Of a DNA stretch of 64,000 nucleotides, positions 12,842 to 26,783 are shown one piece after another. The notes beneath the pieces were generated by a model. It saw nothing but the letters and a program-made list of their open reading frames with translations, was not told where the DNA came from and searched no databases. Made by a program: the position numbers and the translations under genes. Origin of the DNA: Octopus sinensis (taxonomy: Eukaryota); the NCBI RefSeq assembly GCF_006345805.1, contig NC_042997.1, positions 39,246,001 through 39,310,000 on the forward strand. The letters run 5' to 3'. How positions within the stretch are numbered: the stretch's first letter is position 1; the number at the start of each line of letters is the position of its first letter.

Positions 12842-12959
12842 AGCGTTTTTTGAATATGAAACCCTGGGTAACCCCAAGAACCGGCCACACTATCTTTCTC
12901 TAAATACATGTATGTATTTGTGTGAGTGTCTTTGTGCCTGTATTTATCTCTCACCACCT

Positions 12960-13372
12960 ATTTCTTTACTACCCACAAGGGGTTAAACACAGAGGGGACA
13001 AACAAGGACAGACAAACGGATTAAGTCGATTATATCAACCCCAGTGTGTAACTGGTACTTATTTAATCGATCCCGAAAGGATGAAAGGCAAAGTCGACCT
13101 CGGTGTAATTTGAACTCAGAACGTAATGGCAGACAAAATGCCTATTTCTTTATTACCCACAAGGGGTTAAACACAGAGGGGACAAACAAGGACAGACAAA
13201 TGGATTAAGTCGATTATATCGAATACAGTGCGTAACTGGTACTTATTTAATCGACCCCGAAAGGATGAAAGGCAAAGTCGACCTCGGCGGAATTTGAACT
13301 CAGAACGTAGCAACAGATGAAATACTGCTAAGCATTTCGTCCGGCGTGCTAATGATTCTGCCAGCTCGCCGT
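12960..13372 (-). mobile_element. Head-to-tail SINE-E dimer
   Basis: Two consecutive copies, junction at about 13142. Confidence 0.8.
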
Positions 13373-14808
13373 TTTCAACTGGTGTTGGTGTGTTTACATC
13401 CTTGTAACTTAGCAGCTCAGCAAAAGAGACAAGTAGAATAAGTAAAAGGCTTTAAAAATATATATATATATAGGTACTGGGGTTAATTCATTAGCTAAAA
13501 TTCCTCCAGGTGGTGCTCCAGCATGGTCGCTGTCCAGTGACTGAAGCAAGTAAAAGATAAAGATATATGCTATGTACCTGACTCATTCATGGTGGGGCAC
13601 TTTTTGTTTTTTTCTTTGAAAGATCAAAGTAGGGCATAGGACGGCAAAGGTCGAGAAACAGTGATAGAGAATATAGAACGTCGGTGAGTAAAGTACATGG
13701 AGCTAAGGTGGGATTTCAGTGTGTCATTTTGAAGATTCTCTGAGATAAAAAGAAGTGTAATAACGAAGCCTTTGATGGAAGTGACAAATATATATATCTG
13801 ATGTTGAAAATTTAAGGGTACTCAAGTTAGACACTTGTACGAAAGAACAAACTCAAAGTCAACCAAAATTACTTCGTATGCTTTCAAAGATTTCATCTAC
13901 TTTTAACACTCTCCCTCCCTCCCATTCACCTTTGGCTTTTTTGTTTGTTTGTTTGTTTTTCGTTTTTGTTTTTTGCCTTCTCCCACCCTTACCTCTTCCT
14001 TTTTCTCTCTTTTTGCTCTCCCTCTGTCTCATCGCTTTTCACCTCTTTTTCTTCCCCCTTTCCTTCCTGTGACTAAATTAGCGAAATTGAGTGTGTGACT
14101 AAACATTTGTTGATGATATGGAAAATATGAAGGAATGATAAGATAGTTGAAATAATAATAAAAAAACAACAAAAAAAAACTAAGGAACGCGTGGAAGAGA
14201 AAGAAGCAATTTTACTAACCTTGTTCAATGTTTACCACCAGAGAAATATACTTTAAAAAAAAACAGAAAAAAAATCAAAAGGTATATAAAATGAGGTTGA
14301 TGCTAGAATAAAGCTAGAGACAAGTGTTGCATATTTATAGAAGCCCTTAATATGACTAACCTGGCTTCTTTATTAAGTGATTGATGACAAGAAGTAGAGA
14401 AAGCAACAAGCTTCAATGTTTTTTTTTGGGGGGGGGGGTGTTTTTATTCCTCCTCATAAAAGTATAACTGGTAAATTTTCTTTTTTATCAGAATGACAGC
14501 AATATTTGGAGGGTTGGGGGGAAAAAAGGAGCTTCGGCAACGTTTGAGGAAACAGATTTTTTTCTTTCTTTCTCTCTCTTTTACATCTCAAGAATAAAAG
14601 GATAAGATCTTCCCCCAAAAGAAAAGGCATTCAACTAACTAAAAGGAGTTTCTTAAAAGTAAGGTTTTTAGTGAAAGAATGAAGGAATTAGAACTTTTAG
14701 AAATTAATACACTTTATAATATTGTGAAACTGAACAAAAACAACCGACACTGCACTGTGGGATAATATTACCTGTTGAAATAAAAGCAGCATCTTAAGTC
14801 ATTTTGCC

Positions 14809-14847
<39 letters not shown>

Positions 14848-15273
14848 ATCTCTATATATAAATGGCAAAATGTTTGTGTGTGTGCGTGTCCTTTATACAA
14901 ATCCTAGCATGTTGTCGGTGGCCTTAGGCAGAAGAGAGGTATTCGTACTCTTTGGTGTGGAAATCTCGAGAGAGAGAGAGCCCGAAACACTGGAATATAT
15001 AGGTGTTAGCTGCCACACCACCTGATGGTATTTACCATCAAAGGAACATAATTCAGCTATCTTCGCTACATGGTGGCATTTGCCAGCAAAGTGATGTAAT
15101 TCGGCTATCCTCGCTATGCTACAAACTGATTGAGATGATACTTTTCAATATACTTGCACTAATTTGACACTTCCTCAACTAAAGATATAGTTCAATCTGA
15201 AAGCCTGACCTTTGCAAGAAATAGTTAAAACTCCTTTTTCGCTGTAGAAGATTCCATTGGTAACTGTTGTGAT

Positions 15274-15503
15274 TAAGGCGATGAGTTGGTAGAATTGTTA
15301 GCACGCCGGGCGAAATGCTTCGCCGTATTTCGTCTGCCGTTACGTTCTGAGTTCAAATTCCGCCGAGGTCGACTTAGACTTTCATCCTTTCGGGGTCGAT
15401 AAATTAAGTACCAGTTACGCACTGGGGTCGATGTAATCGACTTAATACCTATGTCCTTGTTTGTCTCCTCTATGTTTAGCCCCTTGTGGGTAATAAAGAA
15501 ATA
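15274..15503 (+). mobile_element. SINE-E (central GTCGACT..CTTTCATCCTTTCGGGGTCGATAAA..AAGTACCAG domain, Nin/Deu-like)
   Basis: Perfect 15-bp TSD GGTAACTGTTGTGAT at 15259-15273 and 15504-15518. Confidence 0.85.
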
Positions 15504-16185
15504 GGTAACTGTTGTGATATCAACTTGTTTAAAAACTTTTTCCCCCGAGTAAAAGAGTCTTCTGATAGTTGTATTGTCTGAGTATTTCAGCAACATGCTA
15601 AGAAGTCAGACTCAACAAGCATGCAAATGATAGTCCAGTGTCAGTTATTGATGAAGGAAATCATGGCTCCACCACTCAAGCTAACCCATAACTCAACAAG
15701 GATCCAGAAAGTACTGAGTAGATTAAACATTTAGGGCACCATTGAATGCTTTGAAATCATTATTGTTATTTTCTGTTCAGATGCATTATGGTATACAGGC
15801 TAGAATATTTACCAGTAGAACACAAATTAATGTTGGTAAAGTATAAATTCACATAGAGAAATAACTACGGTATCAGTCAATAGCCTCTAACTGACTGACG
15901 TACCATTTAACAAAACTTCTTTTTCAATTTCAAACTCATTTCGCTATCCCACTGTTGTTTATCTGGAAATACAGGTTTGGAATTTGGAATTTTCAGGTAT
16001 ATGACTTTTATTGATATTAGTAACTCTGTCATAAGGTAATAACTGTTACCCAGTTTGGTAAATTAAGGCAAGCTCATACTTTTGTTAGAGACAATGAAGT
16101 GCTTGAAGTAGGGTTTGATATCTTAGCTTAATGAATGATAATATTAATTGTGCACTCTAACAATTTAACCACCGGGCTATCTTCA

Positions 16186-16612
16186 TTCATCATCATCATC
16201 ATCGTCATCGTTTAATGTCCGCTTTCCATGCTAGCATGGGTTGGATGATTTGACTGAGGGCTGGCGAACCAGATGGTTGCACCAGGCTCCAATCTTGATC
16301 TGGCAGAGTTTCTACAGCTGGATGCCCTGCCTAATGCCAACCACTCCGAGAGTGTAGTGAGTGCTTTTACATGTCACTGGCACGGTGGCCAGTCAGGCGG
16401 TACTGGCAACGACCTTGCTCGAATCTTTTTACACAGGTGCCAGTAAGGCGATGCTGGTAACGATCACGCTCGAATGGTGCCTTTTACATGCCACTGACAT
16501 GGAAGCCAGTTAGCCGCCCTGGCAATGATCCTGCTCGGATCGTGCCTTTTACGTGCCACCGACACGGAAGTCAGTTAGCCACTCTGGCAACGATCCCGCT
16601 CGGATCGTGCTC
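16186..16612 (-). mobile_element. RTE 3' UTR fragment (D)
   Basis: (CAT)n, CCATGCTAGCATGG, 4-5 internal repeats. Confidence 0.8.
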
Positions 16613-17213
16613 ATTATACATGTAAATTGTAATTTTTATTGTAGACTTTGTCTTACTCAGATGTCATTGTTAGTGATGCTAATTACACTTTTGGGAAAGA
16701 GCTGGTTTACATATTTTATGGTATTTCATAATAAATCCAACCATTGAATTACCATTAATAATTCCTTGTTCTTTTTATGGTTTTGACGATAATGATATTG
16801 CAATTATTGATGATGTAATGTTGTTTTGTTGTTAGTGATGGCATGGTTATTAGATGATATCCAGTTCTTAGTTAATAGAAACTGTGACTATTCTTTAATT
16901 TCTGGTTGAAGCTGCTTTATTAGAAGGCACTGTATCACAGATGATAAAATTCTCATCAGAGACAATCATTCTATAGCTTCCAATTTTCTGTCATATTTAA
17001 GCCATCACAAATAATCAAGAAACCATAGTTGTGTTGCTTCCATTGCATTGCTACTGCTTAAAGGAATTATCTTAGCTTCTTATAACTGAAATATAATGAA
17101 TGAACAATGTAATTACTCCTTAAACTCAATTTGACATTCAGCACATTTAATATTTGGCACTTCCAAGCATTTCAAATTTCCCTTTACCTTCTTAAGCATT
17201 AATTTTTAAGTAA

Positions 17214-17608
17214 TCTTCTTTATATATAAAAGTGAAGTTGTGTCTGTCTCCTACGATTTAGATTCCTAACTACTCCCACATTTTGCGGTGCAGTTTAACC
17301 AAAATCTTATAGTCGTGATTCATATCGAGCCCTTCTGGGTATTAGCGCGCGTCTACAATGAGTCTACGATTTAAAAAAAAATTTACCATCATTTTTTTCT
17401 ATTTTAATGCATTTTTTTCGATATTATATAAGGGAAGTAACTCTCTAAAAATATCTACGATGAGTCAACGATTTAAAAAAAAATTTACCATCATTTTTCC
17501 CCCATTTTTAATGCATTTTTTTTTGCTATTTTTTGGCTATAACTCTCTAAAAATGCTTATATAGTTATTTCCCTTACAAACCCGAGCAATGCCGGGCGAT
17601 ACTGCTAG
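17214..17608 (+). mobile_element. Non-autonomous Helitron
   Basis: A|TC 5' end; 3' hairpin CCCGAGCAATGCCGGG followed by CTAG|T; no TSD; internal tandem duplication of about 95 bp. Confidence 0.75.
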
Positions 17609-18192
17609 TTATATATAAATGAAACAAAAATACAGAGAGAAGAGAGAGAGCAAACCTGAAGTAAACAAGATAGAATTGGAAACTATTCAGAGGTAGTGAG
17701 GCAGACAAAACAAAATGTGTACAATACACCTTGAATGTTATTTACTAGATACTGCACTTTATAACACCTTTTAAAAGAAATGATTAGGTATGATGACTTA
17801 ACTTAATGACTCAATTAGCAAAGAGCCAAAGTGAAGGTTTCTTTTGGCCAATCAAAACAATATATAGTAATTAACTATTGCTCAATGGAAAGTTGGACAT
17901 TAGGTTGAGCAAGCTTCCTGAATAATAATAGTTGGTTTCCTTACCAGAAGACTGACGACCGAGTACTAATTGATTACATCAAAGAAATTACTGGCTGGCT
18001 ATAATTCCGAGTATTGTTTTCAACCACAGACCTTAGCCAACTAGAATTTATATCAACAAAACCTAGTGTTTTCAATTTAAACTTAAACCTTATAATTAAG
18101 TCGTTACAAAAACAGTATTACATTACAAACATTGTGGAATTAAAATTTGTGTCTAAAAGTAAACTTTTGAAATAATGTAAACAGTGTAAATA

Positions 18193-18596
18193 GGCGCAGG
18201 AGTGGCTGTGTGGTAAGTAGCTTGCTTACCAACCACATGGTTCCGGGTTCAGTCCCACTGCGTGGCATCTTGGGCAAGTGTCTTCTGCTATAGCCTCGGG
18301 CCGACCAATACCTTGTGAGTGGATTTGGTAGACAGAAACTGAAAGAAGCCTGTCGTGTATATATATATATGTGTGTGTGTGTGTGTATATGTTTGTGTGT
18401 CTGTGGTTGTCCCCCTAGCATTGATTGACAACCGATGCTGGTCTGTTTACGTCCCCGTCACTTAGCGGTTCGGCAAAAGAGACCGATAGAATAAGTACTG
18501 GGCTTACAAAAGAATAAGTCCCGGGGTCGATTTGATTGACTAAAGGCGGTGCTCCAGCATGGCCGCAGTCAAATGACTGAAACAAGTAAAAGAGTA
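18193..18596 (+). mobile_element. SINE-A flanked by a 52-bp direct repeat
   Basis: Full-length; repeats at 18134-18185 and 18600-18651. Confidence 0.85.
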
Positions 18597-19053
18597 ATAG
18601 TGGAATTAAAATTTATGTCTAAAAGTAAACTTTTGAAATAATGTAAACAGTTAACTTTGTTTGTTTGTTTATAATTAACTTACAAACCCATACTAAGTAA
18701 AATATTTAAACAGTATTTGACTAAACTGTATTTTTTTTTTTTTACTGTTAAATTTAATGTTTTTAGCCACACATAAACATATCTGCCTGTGTGGATTGGA
18801 TGTGCATGCATGTGTGTTTGGCATTGCATGTGAGTGAAAGCTTGTTACATTTGGGTGAGTGTTGAGATTCCGCTATGTACTTAACAGTAAATGTAACGTC
18901 AACCAGAAATACTTCAAATCTGTTGTTTAAACCTTTGCGAAATGCCCTCGTATCACACTCAATCTTAAAAAGGGTCATTTTGAACATAGAATCTTAAAAA
19001 CATGAAAAAAAAGTAAGATGAGATGGTCACAGCTAGAATACTTTCGAATATTG

Positions 19054-19459
19054 AAGTAGGAGTGGCTGTGTGGTAAGTAGCTTGCTTACGAACCACATGG
19101 TTCCGGGTTCAGTCCCACTGCGTGGCACCTTGGGCTAGTGTCTTCTACTATAGCCTCGGGCCAACCAAAGCCTTGTGAGTGGATTTGGTAGACGGAAACT
19201 GAAAGAAGCCCGTCATATATATGTATATATATATATATATATATGTGTGTATGTTTGTGTGTTGTGTTTACCCCCCCCCCCAACATCGCTTGACAACCGA
19301 TGCTGGTGTGTTTACGTCCCTGTAACTTAGCGGTTCGGCCAAAGAGTCCGATAGAATAAGTACTAGGCTTACAAAGAATAAGTCCTGGGGTTGATTTGCT
19401 TGACTAAAGGCGGTGCTCCAGCATGGCCACAGTCAAATGACTGAAACAAGTAAATGAGT
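19054..19459 (+). mobile_element. SINE-A
   Basis: Full-length family match. Confidence 0.85.
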
Positions 19460-19889
19460 GGTTCATCAGAGCTGACTTTGGCCTAACAAAGAACTTGGTG
19501 TAGGTGCAAATTTGGCACCACAAAACTTCAATAGTTGTTAATAATTAGACAATACAGATGTGAGTACTTGGTACCTTTGACATTTTAACACTATTTGTTG
19601 ATAGGTAGATGTTGAAACTTTTAACATTTCATATTCTGATAATTCTTTAAAATTTTCATGCCATTGATTTGTCACCCGTGGCATATTGGTCATTGACCCA
19701 AAATTTGTAAACATTTGCTTATTTAACCATTTAACATTTAAACTGGTCATATCCAGCCAAAAATATTTGGCTTGTCTTATGTTCAAATTGTCCAGATCTA
19801 GCCTCCCACATGAATTCTACAGTGCCATTCTAAAAATAAATAGTTATCTCATCAAAATCTCATGGCTGCAAGATAATGCATGATTAAAA

Positions 19890-20118
19890 GCACCAACCGA
19901 TCGTGGCCGCTGCCAGACTCCCCTGGCACCTGTGCCAGTAGCACATAAAAAGCACCCACTACACTCGCGGAGTGGTTGGCATTAGGAAGGGCATCCAGCT
20001 GTAGAAACACTGCCAGATCAGACTGGAGCCTGGTGCAGCCTCCTGGCTTCCCAGACCCCGGTCGAACCGTCCAACTCATGCTAGCGCAGAAAACGGATGT
20101 TAAACGATGATGATGATG
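19890..20118 (+). mobile_element. RTE 3' UTR fragment (D)
   Basis: Family match. Confidence 0.75.
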
Positions 20119-20322
20119 AAGTGAATGAATATTACTTTCAACAGAATAATGTGACTACTGAAGGGTTAACGAGCTATAGATAGTTGCTGTTTTTTTTTTT
20201 TTAATATTATTATTTCAGTACTTTTATTGTTTAATTAGTTGTAGTTACAGGGTAAAAATATTTTATTCTACCTGCAGAGAACATTGACATAGGCATAAAC
20301 TCTAAGAACTCAAGAGTGTGTC

Positions 20323-20547
20323 AAGGCGGTGAGCTGGCAGAAACGTTAGCACGCCAGGCGAGATGCTTAGCGGTATTCCGTCTGCCGTTATGTTCTGAGT
20401 TCAAATTCTGCCAAGGTCGACTTTGCCTTTCATCCTTTCGGGGTCGATAAATTAAGTACCAGTTACGCACTGGGGTCGATGTAATCGACTTTATCCCTTT
20501 GTCTGTCCTTGTGTGTCCCCTCAAGGGCTAAACATAGGGGGGACAAT
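20323..20547 (+). mobile_element. SINE-E
   Basis: 11-bp TSD AAGAGTGTGTC. Confidence 0.85.
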
Positions 20548-21730
20548 AAGAGTGTGTCTGCTGACCTGAATCAACCACTAAGTTACCAGTCACCTGTTGA
20601 TGATAGTTATATGTCCCTACTACAACTCAGACTAGGACGAACAGCAGTTTTCTCTAACTAAATTCTGAAAATACCTAGCACCCTGCCTTATAGAAAAAAA
20701 GTTATTCTGGCATTGCTATTGTTACCCCCACCCTACAATAAACTGGTTTTCGACCAACTCTCCCTCCTTACTCCCATTATTTTTTCCTTCTGTTTTTCAG
20801 TCAACCTAAATACACAAAACAGTGTTTCATTGTAAAGATCTTTTTTTTCTAGATTTGGTTTCAGATTTTACCATTATTACTTTCTAGATTATGATTTGGT
20901 TCAGTCTATTTGCAGATGGATATATGCCTGTGTTTTTATAACTAGTTTTGACATTTTTCCATTTCATTTACTGTCTACAGAAAAGTTAAAAATATACACC
21001 CATAAAGTTGTTTATATATATATATATATATATATATGAGATTTGCATGCATTTTTTTAAATTCTTAATTTTACTTTAGTTTCTAATTTCTGTTCCTGTC
21101 CTCTGTGTGTCAGTTACTGATAAGTTGTCAAATATACATAATAAATAGACTGTATTTAACTGGTTTTGATTGAAAGGTTAGAGTAGATCTGTTAATATTG
21201 CAGCTGTTAACACATTCAAGTTAATGATGCCATTATAATATTGTTCGGGGAACTTTTTTCTTCCTCTTCCTCTTCCTCAATCACTCGGCACGACTGAGTA
21301 TATATTTTCATAATTAATCTCAGATGTTCAAAACAATTTTATATAAAGAGAAAACTAAAACAATGTTCACTGTTTCTAATTCAAATGTTCCCCTTTTTTT
21401 GTGTGTGTGTCTCTTGCTCCCTCAGTTTTATTGTTCAACCTAAATGTGTATGTGTGTCTGTTGAAATGTAAAATGTAAACTGCTGTTCGAGATTTCTACT
21501 CTGTTGGTATTGCCATTGTAACACATTTCTGTTTAAACATCTTTGTTAATTCTACTTTTGTCAATTCACTCTGCATCTTAGATACTTTATTCAACAACTA
21601 CTCAAATCTTAGAGCTTCAAATTACAACTTTTATTTGTCTAAGTCGTAAGCTCTTCTCACCAACATTGTCTTAAGATTGCTGGTTTGCTCTGTTATTCTC
21701 AAAACTTTAAATGAACTGCATATTTACTAA

Positions 21731-21748
21731 AATGCTTTGGAAGTTTAC

Positions 21749-21783
<35 letters not shown>

Positions 21784-22022
21784 TGTGTGTGTGTATGTGT
21801 GTGTGTGTGTATGTATGTATATATGTATGTATGTATGTATATGTATGTATGTGTATGTATGTATGTGTATATATATGTATGTATGTATGTGTATATGTGT
21901 ATATATATGTATGTGTATATGTATGTATGTATGTGTATATATATATGTATGTATGTGTATATATATGTATGTATGTGTATATATATGTATGTATGTGTAT
22001 ATATATGTATGTATGTGTATAT
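21731..22022. repeat. Compound (TATG)n/(TG)n/(TA)n microsatellite
   Basis: Direct reading; source of several spurious ORFs. Confidence 0.95.
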
Positions 22023-22347
22023 AAAACAAGAAAAGATTGACTTTGCATCTTCTTCTTTACTTAATGAAATAACATAAACAGCTTAGTTTATTTCATCACC
22101 CCCTAGTTTAATCTTTTTATTTATATGAAGTTTCTACTGATTAATTAATACAAAGAGCATTTAACAATTTATGCAAAACATAGAACACAAAAGATTTTCC
22201 GATTGCTACTTCGTTCTTGTTGATCATAGAACAGTGCCGCAAGGGAAGAAATAAATTGATTAATAACTTACAAACACACTTGATATGAATTTATGGATGT
22301 CCAACATTTAAATGCTTTTTATTCTTCATTCATTGACCAGAATTATA

Positions 22348-22582
22348 CCTATTTCTTTACTACCCACAAGGGGCTAAACACAGAGAGGACAAACAAGAAC
22401 AGACAAACGGATTAAGTCGATTATATAGACCCCAGTGCGTAACTGATACTCATTTAATCGACCCTGAAAGGATGAAAAGCAAAGTCGACCTCGGCAGAAT
22501 TTGAACTCAGAACGTAGCGGCAGACGAGATACAGCTACGAATTTCGCCCGGCATGCTAACGTTTCTGCCAGCTCGCCGCCTT
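22348..22582 (-). mobile_element. SINE-E
   Basis: Full-length family match. Confidence 0.8.
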
Positions 22583-22835
22583 ACTCTTCCTCATCAGCAG
22601 AGTTTCCCGAATTTCAGAGTGAAATGCATCCTTTATTTTAAACATCTTTGAGTGACAGGAAACCTTCTTAGACTGACTTTACTTTTAAATATACACTGTT
22701 AGGAAATCTTTGTTCTTATTTGTTCCTTCTTGCTTTGTTCTATCTTAATTAGTAATCCTAAAGTTTGTTTAACATAACCTCATCATAATCCACATTTTTA
22801 TGTTTTGATTCACAAGGGCTTCTTTTAATCATACT

Positions 22836-23385
22836 AGACCCGGCAAGCCAAGTGAGACCATAACCTTGTGGCCTAAGCCAGGGGTGTAACGAGCCCACTT
22901 ATGCGTACCTTCCCTTCATTGGATACTGCTTGCGAAGACCTGTTGAGGCAAGTGAAATCGAAATCAAATTTGATGACTGGCAATCATGCTAGTGGAGCAC
23001 TAAGAGCACCATCCGAGTGTGATCGTTGCCAGAGCGGCTAACTGGCATCCGTGCTGGTGGCACGTAAAAAGCACCATTCGAGCGTGATTGTTACCAGCGT
23101 TGCCTTACTGGTACTTGTGCCAGTGTGCAGGTGACATGTAAAATAATTTTTAAAAAAACGATTTTTTTGTGGCCGTTGCCAGTACCGCCTGACTGGCCCT
23201 TGTGCCGGTGGCACATAAAAGCACCCACTACACTCTTGGGGTGGTTGGCGTTAGGAAGGGCATCTAGCTGTAGAAACTCTGCCAGATCAAGATTGGAGCC
23301 TGGTGCAGCCATCTGGTTTGCCAGTCCTCAGTCAAATCGTCCAACCCATGCTAGCATGGAAAGCGAATGTTAAACGATGATGATA
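22836..23385 (+). mobile_element. 5'-truncated RTE LINE (last codons of ORF2 plus full 3' UTR, (GAT)n tail)
   Basis: Starts AGACCCGGCAAGCCAAGTGA as at 7711. Confidence 0.8.
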
Positions 23386-24970
23386 ATACTACTGATATTA
23401 TACTGTCTTCATACTAGTTTCTCTCCATTGTTAGTATATATTTTCCCCTGGCTGTTAGTATACAATATAGTTTGTTCCCCAAATGATACTAAACACTAAG
23501 TTTACCAAATATTTTCCTCTTGGTGACCAGGAAACTGAATACCTGATCTCTGAAGTGGCAGGGAAAAATGTTGAAAATAGACAGGTCTATCTGTGTGTGT
23601 GATCATTTCTACATTATAACATCATTATCATTGTAATGTCTACTTTTCCATGTTTGCATGTGTCAGACAATTGCATTAGGGCAAATTTTCTCCAGTTGGA
23701 TGTCCTTCCTGATACCAACACTTGTTTCCAAGCAAGGTAATAATCCACTTGTCTGGGTGTATACTGTAGGTTTAGTATTATAAACAGGGTGAATAGAACT
23801 GAGAATATGAACACTTTTTTTTTCTTACTCAGCAGAAGTTACAAAGTGATTGAAGGGTGGAGTTTGATGCATGGCCCTTATCAAGTTTGATAAGGGCCAA
23901 TTAAAAATTAAGTTAATAGTAGTAGTAGCATTTTATCAGTTAAAATTAATAATTATAGGGTAAGTCTTTCAAGTAACTTCTGTAATATCTGATACCTAAA
24001 ATCTTAATCAGTTTATCTATTTACTTAATTCTTAAATTTTTTTCTGTTTCCAACACTTCTGGAAATGTTGGCTAAATGAATAACTAAATTTTAACTTTTA
24101 TCTTTACTGCTCTGAGATGATAAAGTTACTAAAAATGTTAAATAACAGGGCTTCAGTTTAGTAATATAAACCAAGTGTGGAAAGTTTTGTTCAAGTGCAA
24201 ATCTAACTGAATATATTTTTAAATCAATGTTATAAGGCCATTTTGGATATTTTTTTCCACTGCAGCCAAGCATTATAAACCTTTCCAATTGGATTTTTTT
24301 TTATACAATTTTTTTTGTACATTTTTTTTACATTTTTGTACATTTTGTATGGCTTCTGTCCTTCCAGACACTTACCACTTTATAAGATGTACTAGGTGCA
24401 TATTTCATAGCACCAACACTTTAGAGGTTGCCTTGCCAGCAGTGTGGCTCAAGCTCTGTGTTGAATACCAACCACTTATAGAATGTACGAGATATTCTTT
24501 GTGGAACCAGCACTGTTGGAGTTACCTTACACAAAGCAAGCGTGTGCTTCTATGATGGATGGGGCAGATTTATTGTGAGAGAATAGTAATGGAGAGAATA
24601 ACAGAGGGATTAGTTTTGGGGTGGGAGAGAAGGGAAGGGGAAGAGTCGTGTAAGAGATTAGTGTGAAGGCGAGTGGAGGACAAGGTGAATATGGCGACGG
24701 GGTGTGTTAAGTAAGTGGGTTCAATGATGGATTGGGCCAGTGTAGTTGCCATACCAGAATGGGTTGGACTGTTACACAGATTTATTGTCAAGAAAGGATG
24801 GTGGGGGAGAGACTAACAGAGACAGTATTAGGGAAGTGGGTAATTGGAGGGAAAGTAAAAAGTAATATCAGAAGGTAAGTAAGAATGATAGAATGTAGGG
24901 GTTTTGAAAAGGCAAAAATGCTGTGCTACCCTATATTATATATTATCTATATTATAATACACTATTGTAT

Positions 24971-25261
24971 GTGGAGGCGCAATGGCCCAGTGGTTAGGGC
25001 AGCGGACTCGCGGTCGTAGGATCGCGGTTTCGATTCCCAGACCGGGCGTTGTGAGTGTTTATTGAGCGAAAACACCTAAAGCTCCACGAGGCTCCGGCAG
25101 GGTGGTGGTGGCGATCCCTGCTGTACTCTTTCACCACAACTTTCTTCTGGTGGCCTGCTTGCTTAGCCAGCGGAGTGGCGTCATTTGAAGGCTAAAACAA
25201 TGTGAAGCGCATTGTGACCAGCGATGTGTAGCAACATCTGATAGCCTGGTCGGTCACGGTG
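24971..25261 (+). mobile_element. SINE-C head (GGCCCAGTGGTTAGGGCAGCGGAC) with a distinct tail
   Basis: 17-bp TSD ATAATACACTATT(G/A)TAT at 24954-24970 and 25262-25278. Confidence 0.8.
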
Positions 25262-26369
25262 ATAATACACTATTATATAGAGTGGTGCATGAAGGAGAGA
25301 TAAATCAATGGTGAGGGGCCAGGACATTTCCTCAAGTTAACATGTCCAAGACAGCATGGTTACTAGAGAATCAAGGAGTGTAAGTTAAGGTTACCAGAGT
25401 GCAACCCCTCTTGGTACCCCTCCTTTCTCTTTCCTCCCAATTCATCAGACAGGCAGACAGACAGACACATTCACTCATTCTGAGCTAAATTAGTTGTTTT
25501 TTTATTCTTCCTTTTAATATCTTTTCAAAACTCAAATTTACTTGTATGTATAGGCAGACACATTTGCTTTTAATTTCAATTTAAAAGTTTGTCTTTTTGG
25601 TATAAATACATTTTCGTGGATATTTAGACACAACTAGACAGGATTCAGCAACTCAAATTGATTCCTTTGAAGTTGGAAAATAAATCATTAACAAATAGAA
25701 TTTGTAGATAAAATTAATAGTATGATCATTGTTAGTTGGAATATTCCTCTATCATGGTTTATATTTTTCTTATGTTTTATGAATTTATTCTGTATGGTGC
25801 TGACTGCCCCCATTTCATAAAGGATATATGTCACTGAGTTTTGATCAAGAGAATATTCATAATTAAGGTGTGGTCTTCTTGGATTTACCTATGGAATAAT
25901 AATACATCAGATACAACATAAGCCATTAAAAATGCTTGATGTTATGAATAAATGAATATATAATACCTCCACAGGTGCTATATTTTTTGTTTTTATGTGA
26001 CATAAAGTGGAAGGGACGAAGCTAGTCCTGGGAAATTTTGCTTTTACATGAGAGCTTCTATAGCGTTAACAATTTATTCTTTCACCGTCTCCTTTAAGAT
26101 GATAATTACCGTAAGTCTCATGAGGAAATTAACGTTGCAGCTTCCTCTTAGAATTATAAATAAATCCACTTACAATATTTTTGTAAATATCTTCCCAGAG
26201 TATTTTAAACTCTATAATAAATATTCCACTGGAATAACTGTTTGTTTATATGTATAAGTAAGGGTGAAATGTCAGTAAATCTTAGCATTGTGTATATGTC
26301 GAACTTACATTTTGCAGCAAAATCTTTCAAAAGTGTTGTAATTTCATGAAAGAAATATTTTACACCATA

Positions 26370-26783
26370 GGCGCAGGAGTGGCTGTGTGGTAAGTAGCTT
26401 GCTAACCAACCACATGGTTCCGGGTTCAGTCCCACTGCGTGGCATCTTGGGCAAGTGTCTTCTGCTATAGCCCCGGGCCGACCAATGCCTTGTGAGTGGA
26501 TTTGGTAGACGGAAACTGAAAGAAGCCTGTCGTATATATGTATATATATATATGTATGTGTGTGTGTTTGTGTGTCTGTGTTTGTTCCCCTAGCATTGCT
26601 TGACAACTGATGCTGGTGTGTTTACGTCCCCGTCACTTAGCAGTTCGGCAAAAAGAGACCGATAGAATAAGTACTGGGCTTACAAAAAGAATAAGTCCCG
26701 GGGTCGAGTTGCTCGAATAAAGGCGGTGCTCCAGCATGGCCGCAGTCAAACGACTGAAACAAGTAAAAGAGAGTAAAAGAGAG
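26370..26783 (+). mobile_element. SINE-A (GCTAACC subfamily)
   Basis: Full-length with linked diagnostic bases. Confidence 0.85.

Noticed and set aside
13650-13690. Strong donor CG|gtgagt as a candidate first-exon end
   Set aside because: Reads ...IENIERR with an upstream in-frame stop; does not resemble E(I/L)GR.
14064-14095. CTGTGA-CTAAATTAGC-GAAATTG, a hammerhead-like remnant
   Set aside because: Core is one base short, loop II is too small and there is no stem I; at best a decayed relic.
21180-21300. Minus-strand exon-like piece (SCRVIEEEEEEEKSSPNN...)
   Set aside because: Driven by a (TCC/TCT) simple repeat; no partner exons found.
24340-24930. Purine-skewed block that may be a decayed LINE 5' region
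   Set aside because: No recognisable protein motif; cannot be classified from the sequence alone.
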